A stretch of 64,000 nt of DNA from the human T2T-CHM13v2.0 reference genome, Homo sapiens, in NCBI RefSeq assembly GCF_009914755.1, contig NC_060939.1; one strand, written 5' to 3'. The translations under genes were made by a program, and so were the position numbers. The notes beneath the pieces are model-generated. The model made no database searches. It was not told the origin of the DNA and saw nothing but the letters and a program-made list of their open reading frames with translations. Below are positions 1-13,900 of this stretch, in pieces; within the stretch, counting starts at the first letter, position 1, and every line of letters begins with the position of its first letter.

Positions 1-75
1 GTTCAACTAGGTGACTTGAATGCAAACATCACAAAGCAGTTTCTGAGAATGCTGCTGTCTACTTTCTATTTGTAA

Positions 76-92
76 TCCCGTTTCCAACGAAA
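76..92 (-). promoter_or_regulatory. CENP-B box (first example; also 418, 589, 931, 1273, 1615, 1953 and onward; 6 per 11-mer)
   Basis: + strand TCCCGTTTCCAACGAAA is the reverse complement of TTTCGTTGGAAACGGGA and matches the core NTTCGNNNNANNCGGGN. Confidence 0.95.
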
Positions 93-246
93 TCCTCAGA
101 ACTATCGAAATTTCCAATTGCAGATTCCACAAAAAGAGTGTTTCAAAGCTGCTCTGTAAAAAGAAAGGTTCAACTCTGTTAGTTGAATACACACGTCACA
201 AACAAGTTTCTGAGAATGCTTCTGTCTAGTTTTTATGGGAAGATAT

Positions 247-263
247 TTCCTTTTTCACCGTAG
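247..263 (+). promoter_or_regulatory. pJalpha box of A-type monomer (example; occupies the CENP-B-box position in A monomers throughout the window)
   Basis: TTCCTTTTTCACCGTAG matches TTCCTTTTYCACCRTAG. Confidence 0.8.
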
Positions 264-3200
264 GCCTCAAAGCGCTCCAAATGTCCACCTCCACATACTA
301 CAAAAAGAGTGTTTCAAACCTGCTCTATGAAAGGGAATGTTCAACTCTATGAGTTGAATGCAAACATTACAAAGAAGTTTCTGAGAATGCTTCTGTCTAG
401 ATTTTATATGTAGATATTCCCGTTTCCAACGAAATCCTCAAAGCTATCCAAATATCAACTTGCAGATTCTACAAAAGAAATGTTTCCAAAATGCTGTATC
501 CAAACAAAGGTTCAACTCTGTGAATTGAGTGCATACATCACAAAGAAGATTCTGAGAATGCTTCTGTGTAGATCTTATATGAAAATATTCCCGTTTCCAA
601 CGAAATCCTCAAAGCTATCCAAATATCCACTTGCAAATGCCACAAAAAGTGTGTTTCCAAACTGCTCTGTGAAAAGGAAGGTTCAACTCTGTTAGTTGAG
701 TACACACATCACAAAGAGGTTTCTGAGAATGCTGCTGACTAGTTTTTATTTGAAGAGATTTCCCTTTTCACCTTAGGCCTAAGAGTGCTCGAAATGTCCA
801 TTTCCACATACTCCACAAGGTGTGTTTCAAACGTGCTGTATGAAAGGGAATGTTCAACTCTATGAGTTGAATGCAAACATCACAAAGAAGATTCTGAGAA
901 TGCTTTTGTCTAGATTTTATATGAAGATATTCCCGTGTCCAACGAAATTTTCAAAGGTCTCCAAATATCCATTTGTAGATTCTACAAAAAGAGTGTTTCC
1001 AAACTGCTGTATCAAAACAAAGTTTGAACTCTGTGAGTTGAGGACACACATCACAAATAAGTTTCTGAGAATGCTTCTGTCTAGTTTTTATTTGAAGATA
1101 TTTCCTTTTTCACCATAGGCCTGAAAGCGCTCGAAATGTCCACTTCCAGAGAGTACAGAAAGAGTGTTTCAAACCTACTCTATGAACGGGAATGTTCAGC
1201 TCTGTGAGTTGAATGCAAACATCACAAAGCAGGTTCTGAGAATGCTTCCGTCTAGATTTTATATGAGGATATTCCCGTTTCCAACGAAATCCTCGAAGCT
1301 ATCCAAATATCCATTTGCAGATTCCACAAAAAGAGTGTTTCAAAACTGCTCTGTCAAAAGATAGGTTCAACTCTGTTAGTTGAGTACACACATGGCAAAC
1401 AAGATTCCGAGAATGCTTTCGTCTATTTTTTTTGGGAAGATATTTCCTTCTTCACCATAGGCCTCAAAGCGCTCCAAATATCCATTTCCACATACTATAA
1501 AAAGAGTGTCTCAAACCTGCTGTATGAAAGGGAATGTTCAACTCTATGAGTTGAATGCAAACATCACAAAGAAGTTTCTGAGAATGCTACTGTCTAGATT
1601 TTATATGAAGGTTTTCCCGCTTCCAACGAAATTTTCAATGCTCTCAAAATATCCTCTTGTAGATTCTACAAAAAGAGTGTTTCCAAACTGCTGTACCAAA
1701 ACAAAGGTTCATCTCTGTTAGTTGAGGACACACATCATGAATAAGTTTCTGAGATTGCTTCTGTCTAGCTCTTATTTGAAGACATTTCCTTTCTCACCTT
1801 AGGCCTGAAAGCGCTCGAAATACCCACTTCCAGATACTACAGAAACAGTGATTCAAACCTGCTCTATGAAAGGGAATGTTCAACTATGTGACTTGAATGT
1901 AAACATCACAAAGCAGTTTCTGAGAATGCTGCTGTCTACTTTCTATTTGTAATCCCGTTTCCAACGAAATCCTCAGAACTATCGAAATTTCCAATTGCAG
2001 ATTCCACAAAAACAGGGTTTCAAAGCTGCTCTGTAAAAAGAAAGGTTCAACTCTGTTAGTTGAATACACATGTCACAAACAAGTTTCTGAGAATGCTTCT
2101 GTCTAGTTTTTATGGGAAGATATTTCCTTTTTCACCGTAGGCCTCAAAGCGCTCCAAATGTCCACTTGCACATACTACAAAAAGAGTGTTTCAAACCTGC
2201 TGTACAAAAGGGAATGTTCAACTCTATGAGTTGAATGCAAACATTACAAAGAAGTTTCTGAGAATGCTTCTGTCTAGATTTTATATGAAGGTTTTCCCGC
2301 TTCAAACGAAATTTTCAATGCTCTCAAAATATCCACTTGTAGATTCTACAAAAAGAGTGTTTCCAAACTGCTGTGTCAAAACAAAGTTCAACTCTGTTAG
2401 TTGAGGACACACATCACAAATAAGTTTCTGAGAATGCTTCTGTCTAGTTCTTATTTGAAGACATTTCCTTTCTCACCTTAGGCCTGAAAGCGCTCGAAAT
2501 ATCCACTTCCAGATACTACAGAAATAGTGATTCAAACCTGCCCTATGAAAGGGAATGTTCATCTAGGTGACTTGAATGCAAACATCACAAAGCAGTTTCT
2601 GAGAATGCTGCTGTCTACTTTCTATTTGTAATCCCGTTTCCAACGAAATCCTCAGAACTATCGAACTTTCCAATTGCAGATTCCACAAAAAGAGGGTTTC
2701 AAAGCTGCTCTGTAAAAAGAAAGGTTCAACTCTGTTAGTTGAATACACACGTCACAAACAAGTTTCTGAGAATGCTTCTGTCTAGTTGTTATGGGAAGAT
2801 ATTTCCTTTTTCACTGTAGGCCTCAAAGCGCTCCAAATGTCCACTTCCACATACTACAAAAAGAGTGTTTCAAACCTGCTCTATGATAGGGAATGTTGAA
2901 GCCTATGAGTTGAATGCAAACATTACAAAGAGGTTTCTGAGAATGCTTTTGTCTAGATTTATATGTAGATATTCCCGTTTCCAACGATATCCTCAAAGCT
3001 ATCCAAATATCAACTTGCAGATTCTACAAAAGGAATGTATCCAAACTGCTGCATCCAAAAAAAGGTTCAACTCTGTGAATTGAGGGCATACATCACAAAG
3101 AAGATTCTGAGAATGCTTCTGTCTAGATTTTATATGAAAATATTGCCGTTTCCAACGAAATCCTCAAAGCTATCCAAATATCCACTTGCAAATGCCACAA

Positions 3201-6200
3201 AAAGAGTGTTTCCAAACTGCTCTGTGAAAAGGAAGGTTCAACTCTTAGTTGAGTACACACATCACAAAGAGGTTTCTGAGAATGCTGCTGACTAGTTTTT
3301 ATTTGAAGATATTTCCCTTTTCACCTTAGGCCTAAGAGTGCTCGAAATGTCCATTTCCACATACTCCACAAAGTGTGTTTCAAACGTGCTGTATGAAAGG
3401 GAATGTTCAACTCTATGAGTTGAACGCAAACATCACAAAGAAGATTCTGAGAATGCTTTTGTCTAGATTTTATATGAAGATATTCCCGTGTCCAACGAAA
3501 TTTTCAAAGGTCTCCAAATATCCATTTGTAGATTCTACAAAAAGAGTGTTTCCAAACTGCTGTATCAAAACAAAGGTTGAACTCTGTGAGTTGAGGACAC
3601 ACATCACAAATAAGTTTCTGAGAATGCTTCTGTCTAGTTTTTATTTGAAGATGTTTCCTTTTTCACCATAGGCCTGAAAGCGCTCGAAATGTCCACCTCC
3701 AGATAGTACAGAAAGAGTGTTTCAAACCTTCTCTATGAACGGGAATGTTCAGCTCTGTGAGTTGAATGCAAACATCACGAAGCAGGTTCTGAGAATGCTT
3801 CCGTCTAGATTTTAAATGAGGACATTCCCGTTTCCAACGAAATCCTCGAAGCTATCCAAATATCCATTTGCAGATTCCACAAAAAGAGGGTTTCAAAACT
3901 GCTCTGTCAAAAGATAGGTTCAACTCTGTTAGTTGAGTACACACATGGCAAACAAGATTCCGAGAATGCTTTTGCCTAGTTTTTTTGGGAAGATATTTCC
4001 TTCTTCACCATAGGCCTCAAAGCGCTCCAAATATCCATTTCCACACACTATACAAAGAGTGTCTCAAAAATGCTGTATGAAAGGGAATGTTCAACTCTAT
4101 GAGTTGAATGCAAACATCACAAAGAAGTTTCTGAGAATGCTGCTGTCTAGATTTTATATGAAGTTTTTCCCGCTTCCAACGAAATTTTCAATGCTCTCAA
4201 AATATCCTCTTGTAGATTCTACAAAAAGAGTGTTTCCAAACTGCTGTATCAAAACGAATGTTCATCTCTGTTAGTTGAGGACACACATCACAAATAAGTT
4301 TCTGAGAATGCTTCTGTCTACTTCTTATTTGAAGACATTTCCTTTCTCACCTTAGGCCTGAAAGCGCTCGAAATACCCACTTCCAGATACTACAGAAACA
4401 GTGATTCAAACCTGCTCTATGAAAGGGAATGTTACAACTATGTGACTTGAATGCAAACATAACAAAGCAGTTTCTGAGAATGCTGCTGTCTACTTTCTAT
4501 TTGTAATCCCGTTTCCAACGAAATCCTCAGAACTATCGAAATTTCCAATTGCAGATTCCACAAAAACAGGGTTTCAAAGCTGCTCTGTAAAAAGAAAGGT
4601 TCAACTCTGTTAGTTGAATACACACGTCACAAACAAGTTTCTGAGAATGCTTCTGTCTAGTTTTTATGGGAAGATATTTCCTTTTTCACCGTAGGCCTCA
4701 AAGCGCTCCAAATGTCCACTTCCACATACTACAAAAAGAGTGTTTCAAACCTGCTGTATGAAAGGGAATGTTCAACTCTATGAGTTGAATGCAAACATTA
4801 CAAAGAAGTTTCTGAGAATGCTTCTGTCTAGATTTTATATGAAGGTTTTCCCGCTTCCAACGAAATTTAAAATGCTCTCAAAATATCCACTTGTAGATTG
4901 TACAAAAAGAGTGTTTCCAAACTGCTGTATCAAAACAAAGGTTCAACTCTGTTAGTTGAGGACACACATCACAAATAAGTTTCTGAGAATGCTTCTGTCT
5001 AGTTCTTATTTGAAGATATTTCCTTTCTCACCTTAGGCCTGAAAGCGCTCGAAATATCCACTTCCAGATACTACAGGGAAAGTGATTCAAACCTGCCCTA
5101 TGAAAGGGAATGTTCAACTATGTGACTTCAATGCAAACATCACAAAGTAGTTTCTGAGAATGCTGCTGTCTAGTTTTTATGGGAAGATATTTCCTTTTTC
5201 ACCGTAGGCCTCAAAGCGCTCCAAATGTCCACTTCCACATACTACAAAAAGAGTGTTTCAAACCTGCTCTATGATAGGGAATGTTGAAACCTATGAGTTG
5301 AATGCAAACATTACAAAGAGGTTTCTGAGAATGCTTCTTTCTAGATTTTATATGTAGATATTCCCGTTTGCAAAGAAATCCTCAAAGCTATCCAAATATC
5401 AACTTGCAGATACTACAAAAGGAATGTTTCCAAAATGCTGTATCGAAACAAAGGTTCAACTCTGAGAATTGAGGGCATACATCACAAAGAAGATTCTGAG
5501 AATGCTTCTGTCTAGATTTTATATGAAAATATTCCCGTTTCCAACGAAATCCTCAAAGCTATCCAAATATCCACTTGCAAATGCCACAAAAAGAGTGTTT
5601 CCAAACTGCTCTGTGAAAAGGAAGGTTCAACTCTGTTAGTTGAGTACACACATCACAAAGAGGTTTCTGAGAATGCTGCTGACTAGTTTTTATTTGAAGA
5701 TATTTCCCTTTTCACCTTAGGCCTAAGAGTGCTCGAAATGTCCATTTCCACATACTCCACAAAGTGTGTTTCAAACGTGCTGTATGAAAGGGAATGTTCA
5801 ACTCTATGAGTTGAATGCAAACATCACAAAGAAGATTCTGAGAATGCTTTTGTCTAGATTTTATATGAAGATATTCCCGTGTCCAACGAAATTTTCAAAG
5901 GTCTCCAAATATCCATTTGTAGATTCTACAAAAAGAGTGTTTCCAAACTGCTGTATCAAAATAATGGTTGAACTCTGTGAGTTGAGGACACACATCACAA
6001 ATAAGTTTCTGAGAATGCTTCTGTCTAGTTTTTGTTTGAAGATATTTCCTTTTTCACCATAGGCCTGAAAGCGCTCGAAATGTCCACTTCCATATAGTAC
6101 AGAAAGAGTGTTTCAAACCTGCTCTATGAACGGGAATGTTCAGCTCTGTGAGTTGAATGCAAACATCACAAAGCAGGTTCTGAGAATGCTTCCGTCTAGA

Positions 6201-9200
6201 TTTTAAATGAGGATATTCCCGTTTCCAACGAAATCCTCGAAGCTATCCAAATATCCATTTGCAGATTCCACAAAAAGAGTGTTTCAAAACTGCTCTGTCA
6301 AAAGATAGGTTCAACTCTGTTAGTTGAGTACACACATGGCAAACAAGATTCCGAGAATGTTTTCGTCTAGTTTTTTTGGGAAGATATTTCCTTCTTCACC
6401 ATAGGCCTCAAAGCGCTCCAAATATCCATTTCCACATACTATAGAAAGAGTGTCTCAAACCTGCTGTATGAAAAGGAATGTTCAACTCTATGAGTTGAAT
6501 GCAAACATCACAAAGAAGTTGCTCACAATGCTACTGTCTAGATTTTATATGAAGGTTTTCCCGCTTCCAACGAAATTTTCAATGCTCTCAAAATATCCTC
6601 TTGTAGATTCTACAAAAAGAGTGTTTCCAAACTGCTGTATCAAAACGAAGGTTCATCTCTGTTAGTTGAGGACACACATCACAAATAGGTTTCTCAGAAT
6701 GCTTCTGTCTAGTTCTTATTTGAAGACATTTCCTTTCTCACCTTAGGCCTGAAAGCGCTCGAAATACCCACTTCCAGATACTACAGAAACAGTGATTCAA
6801 ACCTGCTCTATGAAAGGGAATGTTCAACTATGTGACTTGAATGCAAACATCACAAAGCAGTTTCTGAGAATGCTGCTGTCTACTTTCTATTTGTAATCCC
6901 GTTTCCAACGAAATCCTCAGAACTATCGAAATTTGCAATTGCAGATTCCACAAAAACAGGGTTTCAAAGCTGTTCTGTAAAAAGAAAGGTTCAACTCTGT
7001 TAGTTGAATACACACGTCACAAACAAGTTTCTGAGAATGCTTCTGTCTAGTTTTTATGGGAAGATATTTCCTTTTTCACCGTAGGCCTCAAAGCGCCCCA
7101 AATGTCCACTTCCACATACTACAAAAAGAGTGTTTGAAACCTGCTGTATGAAAGGGAATGTTCAACTCTATGAGTTGAATGCAAACATTACAAAGAAGTT
7201 TCTGAGAATGCTTCTGTCTAGATTTTATATGAAGGTTTTCCTGCTTCCAACGAAATTTTCAATGCTCTCAAAATATCCACTTGTAGATTCTACAAAAAGA
7301 GTGTTTCCAAACTGCTGTGTCAAAACAAAGGTTCAACTCTGTTAGTTGAGGACACACATCACAAATAAGTTTCTGAGAATGCTTCTGTCTAGTTCTTATT
7401 TGAAGACATTTCCTTTCTCACCTTAGGCCTGAAAGCGCTCGAAATACCCACTTCCAGATACTACAGAAACAGTGATTCAAACCTGCTCTATGAAAGGGAA
7501 TGTTCAACTATGTGACTTGAATGCAAACATCACAAAGCAGTTTCTGAGAATGCTGCTGTCTACTTTCTATTTGTAATCCCGTTTCCAACGAAATCCTCAG
7601 AACTATCGAAATTTCCAATTGCAGATTCCACAGAAACAGGGTTTCAAAGCTGCTCTGTAAAAAGAAAGGTTCAACTCTGTTAGTTGAATACACACGTCAC
7701 AAACAAGTTTCTGAGAATGCTTCTGTCTAGTTTTTATGGGAAGATATTTCCTTTTTCACCGTAGGCCTCAAAGCGCTCCAAATGTCCACTTCCACATACT
7801 ACAAAAAGAGTGTTTCAAACCTGCTGTATGAAAGGGAATGTTCAACTCTATGAGTTGAATGCAAACATCACAAAGAAGATTCTGAGAATGCTCCTGTCTA
7901 GATTTTATATGAAGGTTTCCCCGCTTCCAACGAAATTTTCACTGCTCTCAAAATATCCACTTGTAGATTCTACCAAAAGAGTGCTTCCAAACTGCTGTAT
8001 CAAAACAAAGGTTCAACTCTGTTAGTTGAGGACACACATCACAAATAAGTTTCTGAGAATGCTTCTGTCTAGTTCTTATTTGAAGATATTTCCTTTCTCA
8101 CCTTAGGCCTGAAAGCGCTCGAAATATCCACTTCCAGATACAACAGAAATAGTGATTCTAACCTGCCCTATGAAAGGGAATGTTCAACTAGGTGAGATGA
8201 ATGCAAACATCACAAAGCAGTTTCTGAGAATGCTGCTGTCTACTTTCTATTTGTAATCCCGTTTCCAATGAAATCCTCAGAACTATCGAAATTTCCAATT
8301 GCAGATTCCACAAAAAGAGTGTTTCAAAGCTGCTCTGTAAAAAGAAAGGATCAACTCTGTTAGTTGAATACACATCACAAACAAGTTTCTGAGAATGCTT
8401 CTGTCTAGTTTTTATGGGAAGATATTTCCTTTTTCACCGTAGGCCTCAAAGCGCTCCAAATGTCCACTTCCACATACTACAAAAAGAGTGTTTCAAACCT
8501 GCTCTATGATAGGGAATGTTGAAACCTATGAGTTGAATGCAAACGTTACAAAGAAGTTTCTAGGAATGCTTCTGTCTAGATTTTATATGTAGATATTCCC
8601 GTTTCCAACGAAATCCTCAAAGCTATCCAAATATCAACTTGCAGATTCTACAAAAGGAATGTTTCCAAAATGCTGTATCCAAACAAAGGTTCAACTCTGT
8701 GAATTGAGGGCATACATCACAAAGAATATCTGAGAATGCTTCTGTCTAGATTTTATATGAAAATATTCCCGTTTCCAACGAAATCCTCAAAGCTATCCAA
8801 ATATCCACTTGCAAATGCCACAAAAAGAGTGTTTCCAAACTGCTCTGTGAAAAGGAAGGTTCAACTCTGTTAGTTGAGTACACACATCACAAAGAGGTTT
8901 CTGAGAATGCTGCTGACTAGTTTTTATTTGAAGATATTTCCCTTTTCACCTTAGGCCTAAGAGTGCTCGAAATGTCCATTTCCACATACTCCACAAAGTG
9001 TGTTTCAAACGTGCTGTATGAAAGGGAATGCTCAACTCTATGAGTTGAATGCAAACATCACAAAGAAGATTCTGAGAATGCTTTTGTCTAGATTTTATAT
9101 GAAGATATTCCCGTGTCCAACGAAATTTTCAAAGGTCTCCAAATATCCATTTGTAGATTCTACAAAAAGAGTGTTTCCAAACTGCTGTATCAAAACAAAG

Positions 9201-10928
9201 GTTGAACTCTGTGAGTTGAGGACACACATCACAAATAAGTTTCTGAGAATGCTTCTGTCTAGTTTTTATTTGAAGATGTTTCCTTTTTCACCATAGGCCT
9301 GAAAGCGCTCGAAATGTCCACTTCCAGATAGTACAGAAAGAGTGTTTCAAACCTGCTCTATGAACGGGAATGTTCAGCTCTGTGAGTTGAATGCAAACAT
9401 CACAAAGCAGGTTCTGAGAATGCTTCCGTCTAGATTTTAAATGAGGATATTCCCGTTTCCAACGAAATCCTCGAAGCTATCCAAATATCCACTTGCAGAT
9501 TCCACAAAAAGAGTGTTTCAAAACTGCTCTGTCAAAAGATAGGTTCAACTCTGTTAGTTGAGTACACACATGGCAAACAAGATTCCGAGAATGCTTTCGT
9601 CTAGTTTTTTTGGGAAGATATTTCCTTCTTCACCATAGACCTCAAAGCGCTCCAAATATCCATTTCCACATGCTATACAAAGAGTGTCTCAAACCTGCTG
9701 TATGAATGGGAATGTTCAACTCTATGAGTTGAATGCAAACATCACAAAGAAGTTTCTGAGAATGCTGCTGTCTAGATTTTATATGAAGGTTTTCCCGCTT
9801 CCAACGAAATTTTCAATGCTCTCAAAATATCCTCTTGTAGATTCTACAAAAAGAGTGTTTCCAAACTGCTGTATCAAAACAAAGGTTCATCTCTGTTAGT
9901 TGAGGACACACATCACAAATAAGTTTCTGAGAATGCTTCTGTCTAGTTCTTATTTGAAGACATTTCCTTTCTCACCTTAGGCCTGAAAACTCTCGAAATA
10001 TCCACTTCCAGATACGACAGAAACAGTGATTCAAACCTGCTCTATGAAAGGGAATGTTCAACTAGGTGACTTGAATGCAAACATCACAAAGCAGTTTCTG
10101 AGAATGCTGCTGTCTACTTTCTATTTGTAATCCCGTTTCCAACGAAATCCTCAGAACTATCGAAATTTCCAATTGCAGATTCCACAGAAACAGGGTTTCA
10201 AAGCTGCTCTGTAAAAAGAAAGGTTCAACTCTGTTAGTTGAATACACACGTCACAAACAAGTTTCTGAGAATGCTTCTGTCTAGTTTTTATGGAAAGATA
10301 TTTCCTTTTTCACCGTAGGCCTCAAAGCGCTCCAAATGTCCACTTCCACATACTACAAAAAGAGTGTTTCAAACCTGCTGTATGAAAGGGAATGTTCAAC
10401 TCTATGAGTTGAATGCAAACATCACAAAGAAGATTCTGAGAATGCTCCTGTCTAGATTTTATATGAAGGTTTTCCCGCTTCCAACGAAATTTTCACTGCT
10501 CTCAAAATATCCACTTGTAGATTCTACCAAAAGAGTGCTTCCAAACTGCTGTATGAAAACAAAGGTTCAACTCTGTTAGTTGAGGACACACATCACAAAT
10601 AAGTTTCTGAGAATGCTTCTGTCTAGTTCTTATTTGAAGATATTTCCTTTCTCACCTTAGGCCTGAAAGCGCTCGAAATATCCACTTCCAGATACAACAG
10701 AAATAGTGATTCTAACCTGCCCTATGAAAGGGAATGTTCAACTAGGTGACATGAATGCAAACATCACAAAGCAGTTTCTGAGAATGCTGCTGTCTACTTT
10801 CTATTTGTAATCCCGTTTCCAATGAAATCCTCAGAACTATCGAAATTTCCAATTGCAGATTCCACAAAAAGCGTGTTTCAAAGCTGCTCTGTAAAAAGAA
10901 AGGTTCAACTCTGTTAGTTGAATACACA

Positions 10929-13900
10929 TCACAAACAAGTTTCTGAGAATGCTTCTGTCTAGTTTTTATGGGAAGATATTTCCTTTTTCACCGTAGGCCT
11001 CAAAGCGCTCCAAATGTCCACTTCCACATACTACAAAAAGAGTGTTTCAAACCTGCTCTATGATAGGGAATGTTGAAACCTATGAGTTGAATGCAAACGT
11101 TACAAAGAAGTTTCTAGGAATGCTTCTGTCTAGATTTTATATGTAGATATTCCCGTTTCCAACGAAATCCTCAAAGCTATCCAAATATCAACTTGCAGAT
11201 TCTACAAAAGGAATGTTTCCAAAATGCTGTATCCAAACAAAGGTTCAACTCTGTGAATTGAGGGCATACATCACAAAGAATATCTGAGAATGCTTCTGTC
11301 TAGATTTTATATGAAAATATTCCCGTTTCCAACGAAATCCTCAAAGCTATCCAAATATCCACTTGCAAATGCCACAAAAAGAGTGTTTCCAAACTGCTCT
11401 GTGAAAAGGAAGGTTCAACTCTGTTAGTTGAGTACACACATCACAAAGAGGTTTCTGAGAATGCTGCTGACTAGTTTTTATTTGAAGATATTTCCCTTTT
11501 CACCTTAGGCCTAAGAGTGCTCGAAATGTCCATTTCCACATACTCCACAAAGTGTGTTTCAAACGTGCTGTATGAAAGGGAATGTTCAACTCTATGAGTT
11601 GAATGCAAACATCACAAAGAAGATTCTGAGAATGCTTTTGTCTAGATTTTATATGAAGATATTCCCGTGTCCAACGAAATTTTCAAAGGTCTCCAAATAT
11701 CCATTTGTAGATTCTACAAAAAGAGTGTTTCCAAACTGCTGTATCAAAACAAAGGTTGAACTCTGTGAGTTGAGGACACACATCACAAATAAGTTTCTGA
11801 GAATGCTTCTGTCTAGTTTTTATTTGAAGATATTTCCTTTTTCACCATAGGCCTGAAAGCGCTCGAAATATCCACTTCCAGGAAGTCCAGAAAGAGTGTT
11901 TCAAACCTGCTCTATGAACGGGAATGTTCAGCTCTGTGAGTTGAATGCAAACATCACAAAGCAGTTTCTGAGAATGCTTCCGTCTAGATTTTATATGAGG
12001 ATATTCCCGTTTCCAACGAAATCCTCAAAGCTATCCATATATCCATTTGCAGATTCCACAAAAAGAGTGTTTCAAAACTGCTCTGTCAAAAGATAGGGTC
12101 AACTCTGTTAGTTGAGTACACACATGGCAAACAAGATTCCGAGAATGCTTTCGTCTAGTTTTTTTGGGAAGATATTTCCTTCTTCACCATAGGCCTCAAT
12201 CGCTCCAAATATCCATTTCCACATACTATAGAAAGAGTGTCTCAAACCTGCTGTATGAAAGGGAACGTTCAACTCTATGAGTTGAATGCAAACATCACAA
12301 AGAAATTTCTGAGAATGCTACTGTCTAGATTTTATATGAAGGTTTTCCCGCTTCCAACGAAATTTTCAATGCTCTCAAAATATCCTCTTGTAGATTCTAC
12401 AAAAAGAGTGTTTCCAAACTGCTGTATCAAAACAAAGGTTCAACTCTGTTAGTTGAGGACACACATCAGAAATAAGTTTCTGAGAATGCTTCTGTCTAGT
12501 TCTTATTTGAAGACATTTCCTTTCTCACCTTAGGCCTGAAAGCGCTCGTAATACCCACTTCCAGATACTACAGAAACAGTGATTCAAACCTGATCTATGA
12601 AAGGGAATGTTCAACTATGTGACTTGAATGCAAACATCACAAAGCAGTTTCTGAGAATGCTGCTGTCTACTTTCTATTTGTAATCCCGTTTCCAACGAAA
12701 TCCTCAGAACTATCGAAATTTCCAATTGCAGATTCCACAAAAACAGGGTTTCAAAGCTGCTCTGTAAAAAGAAAGGTTCAACTCTGTTTGTTGAATACAC
12801 ACGTCACAAACAAGTTTCTGAGAATGCTTCTGTCTAGTTTTTATGGGAAGATATTTCCTTTTTCACCGTAGCCCTCAAAGCGCTCCAAATGTCCACTTCC
12901 ACATACTACAAAAAGAGTGTTTCAAACCTGCTGTATGAAAGGGAATGTTCAACTCTATGAGTTGAATGCAAACATTACAAAGAGGTTTCTGAGAATGCTT
13001 CTGTCTAGATTTTATATGAAGGTTTTCCTGCTTCGAACGAAATTTTCAATGCTCTCCAAATATCCACTTGTAGATTCTACAAAAATAGTGTTTCCAAACT
13101 GCTGTATCAAAGCAAAGGTTCAACTCTGTTAGATGAGGACACACATCACAAATATGTTTCTGAGAATGCTTCTGTCTAGATTTTATTTGAAGGTATTTCC
13201 TTTCTCAACATAGGCCTGAAAGCTCTCGAAATGTCCACTTCCATATATCACAAAAAGAGTGTTTCAAACCTGCTCTATGACAGGGAATGTTCAATTCTGT
13301 GACTTGAATGCAAACATCACAAACAAGTTCCTGAGAATGCTACTGTCTAGTTTTTTACGTAATCCCGTTTCCAACGAAATCCTCCAAGCTATCCAAATAT
13401 CCACTTGCAGATTCCACAAAAGGAATGTTTCCAAAATGCTGTATCCAAACAAATGTTCAACTCTGTTAATTGAGGACATACATCACAAAGGAGATTCTGA
13501 GAATGCTTCTGTCTATATTTTATAGGAAGATATTCCCGTTTCCAACGAAATTCTCAAAGCTATCCAAATATCCACTTGCAAATTCTACAAAAAGAGTGTT
13601 TCAAAACTGCTCTCTCAAAAGGAATGTTCAACTCTGTTAGTTGAGTACACACATCACAAAGGGGTTTGTGAGAATGCTCCTCACTAGTTTTTACTTGAAT
13701 ATATTTCCCTTTTCACCTTAGGCCTAAGAGCGCTCAAAATGACCATTTCCACGTACTACACAAAGTGAGTTTAAAACGTGCTGTATGAAAGGGAATGTTC
13801 AACTCTATGAGTTGAGTGAAAACATCACAAAGAAGATTCTGAGAATGCTTTTGTCTAGATTTTATATGAAGATTTTCCCGTGTCCAACGAAATTTTCAAA

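Larger units (their letters stand above)
1..13140 (-). repeat. Alpha satellite higher-order repeat array edge, SF2 (D1/D2)-type; 11-mer (~1,875 bp) with extra 4-mer (~680 bp) subunits; resembles chr15 D15Z3 (chromosome assignment tentative)
   Basis: ~171-bp monomers. One marker monomer recurs at 7, 1884, 2563, 4438, 6828, 7508, 8188, 10062, 10742 and 12615 (spacings 1877, 679, 1875, 2390, 680, 680, 1874, 680, 1873). A second marker recurs at 822, 3375, 5766, 9000 and 11554 (2553, 2391, 3234, 2554). CENP-B-box and pJalpha-box monomers mostly alternate. Confidence 0.95.
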
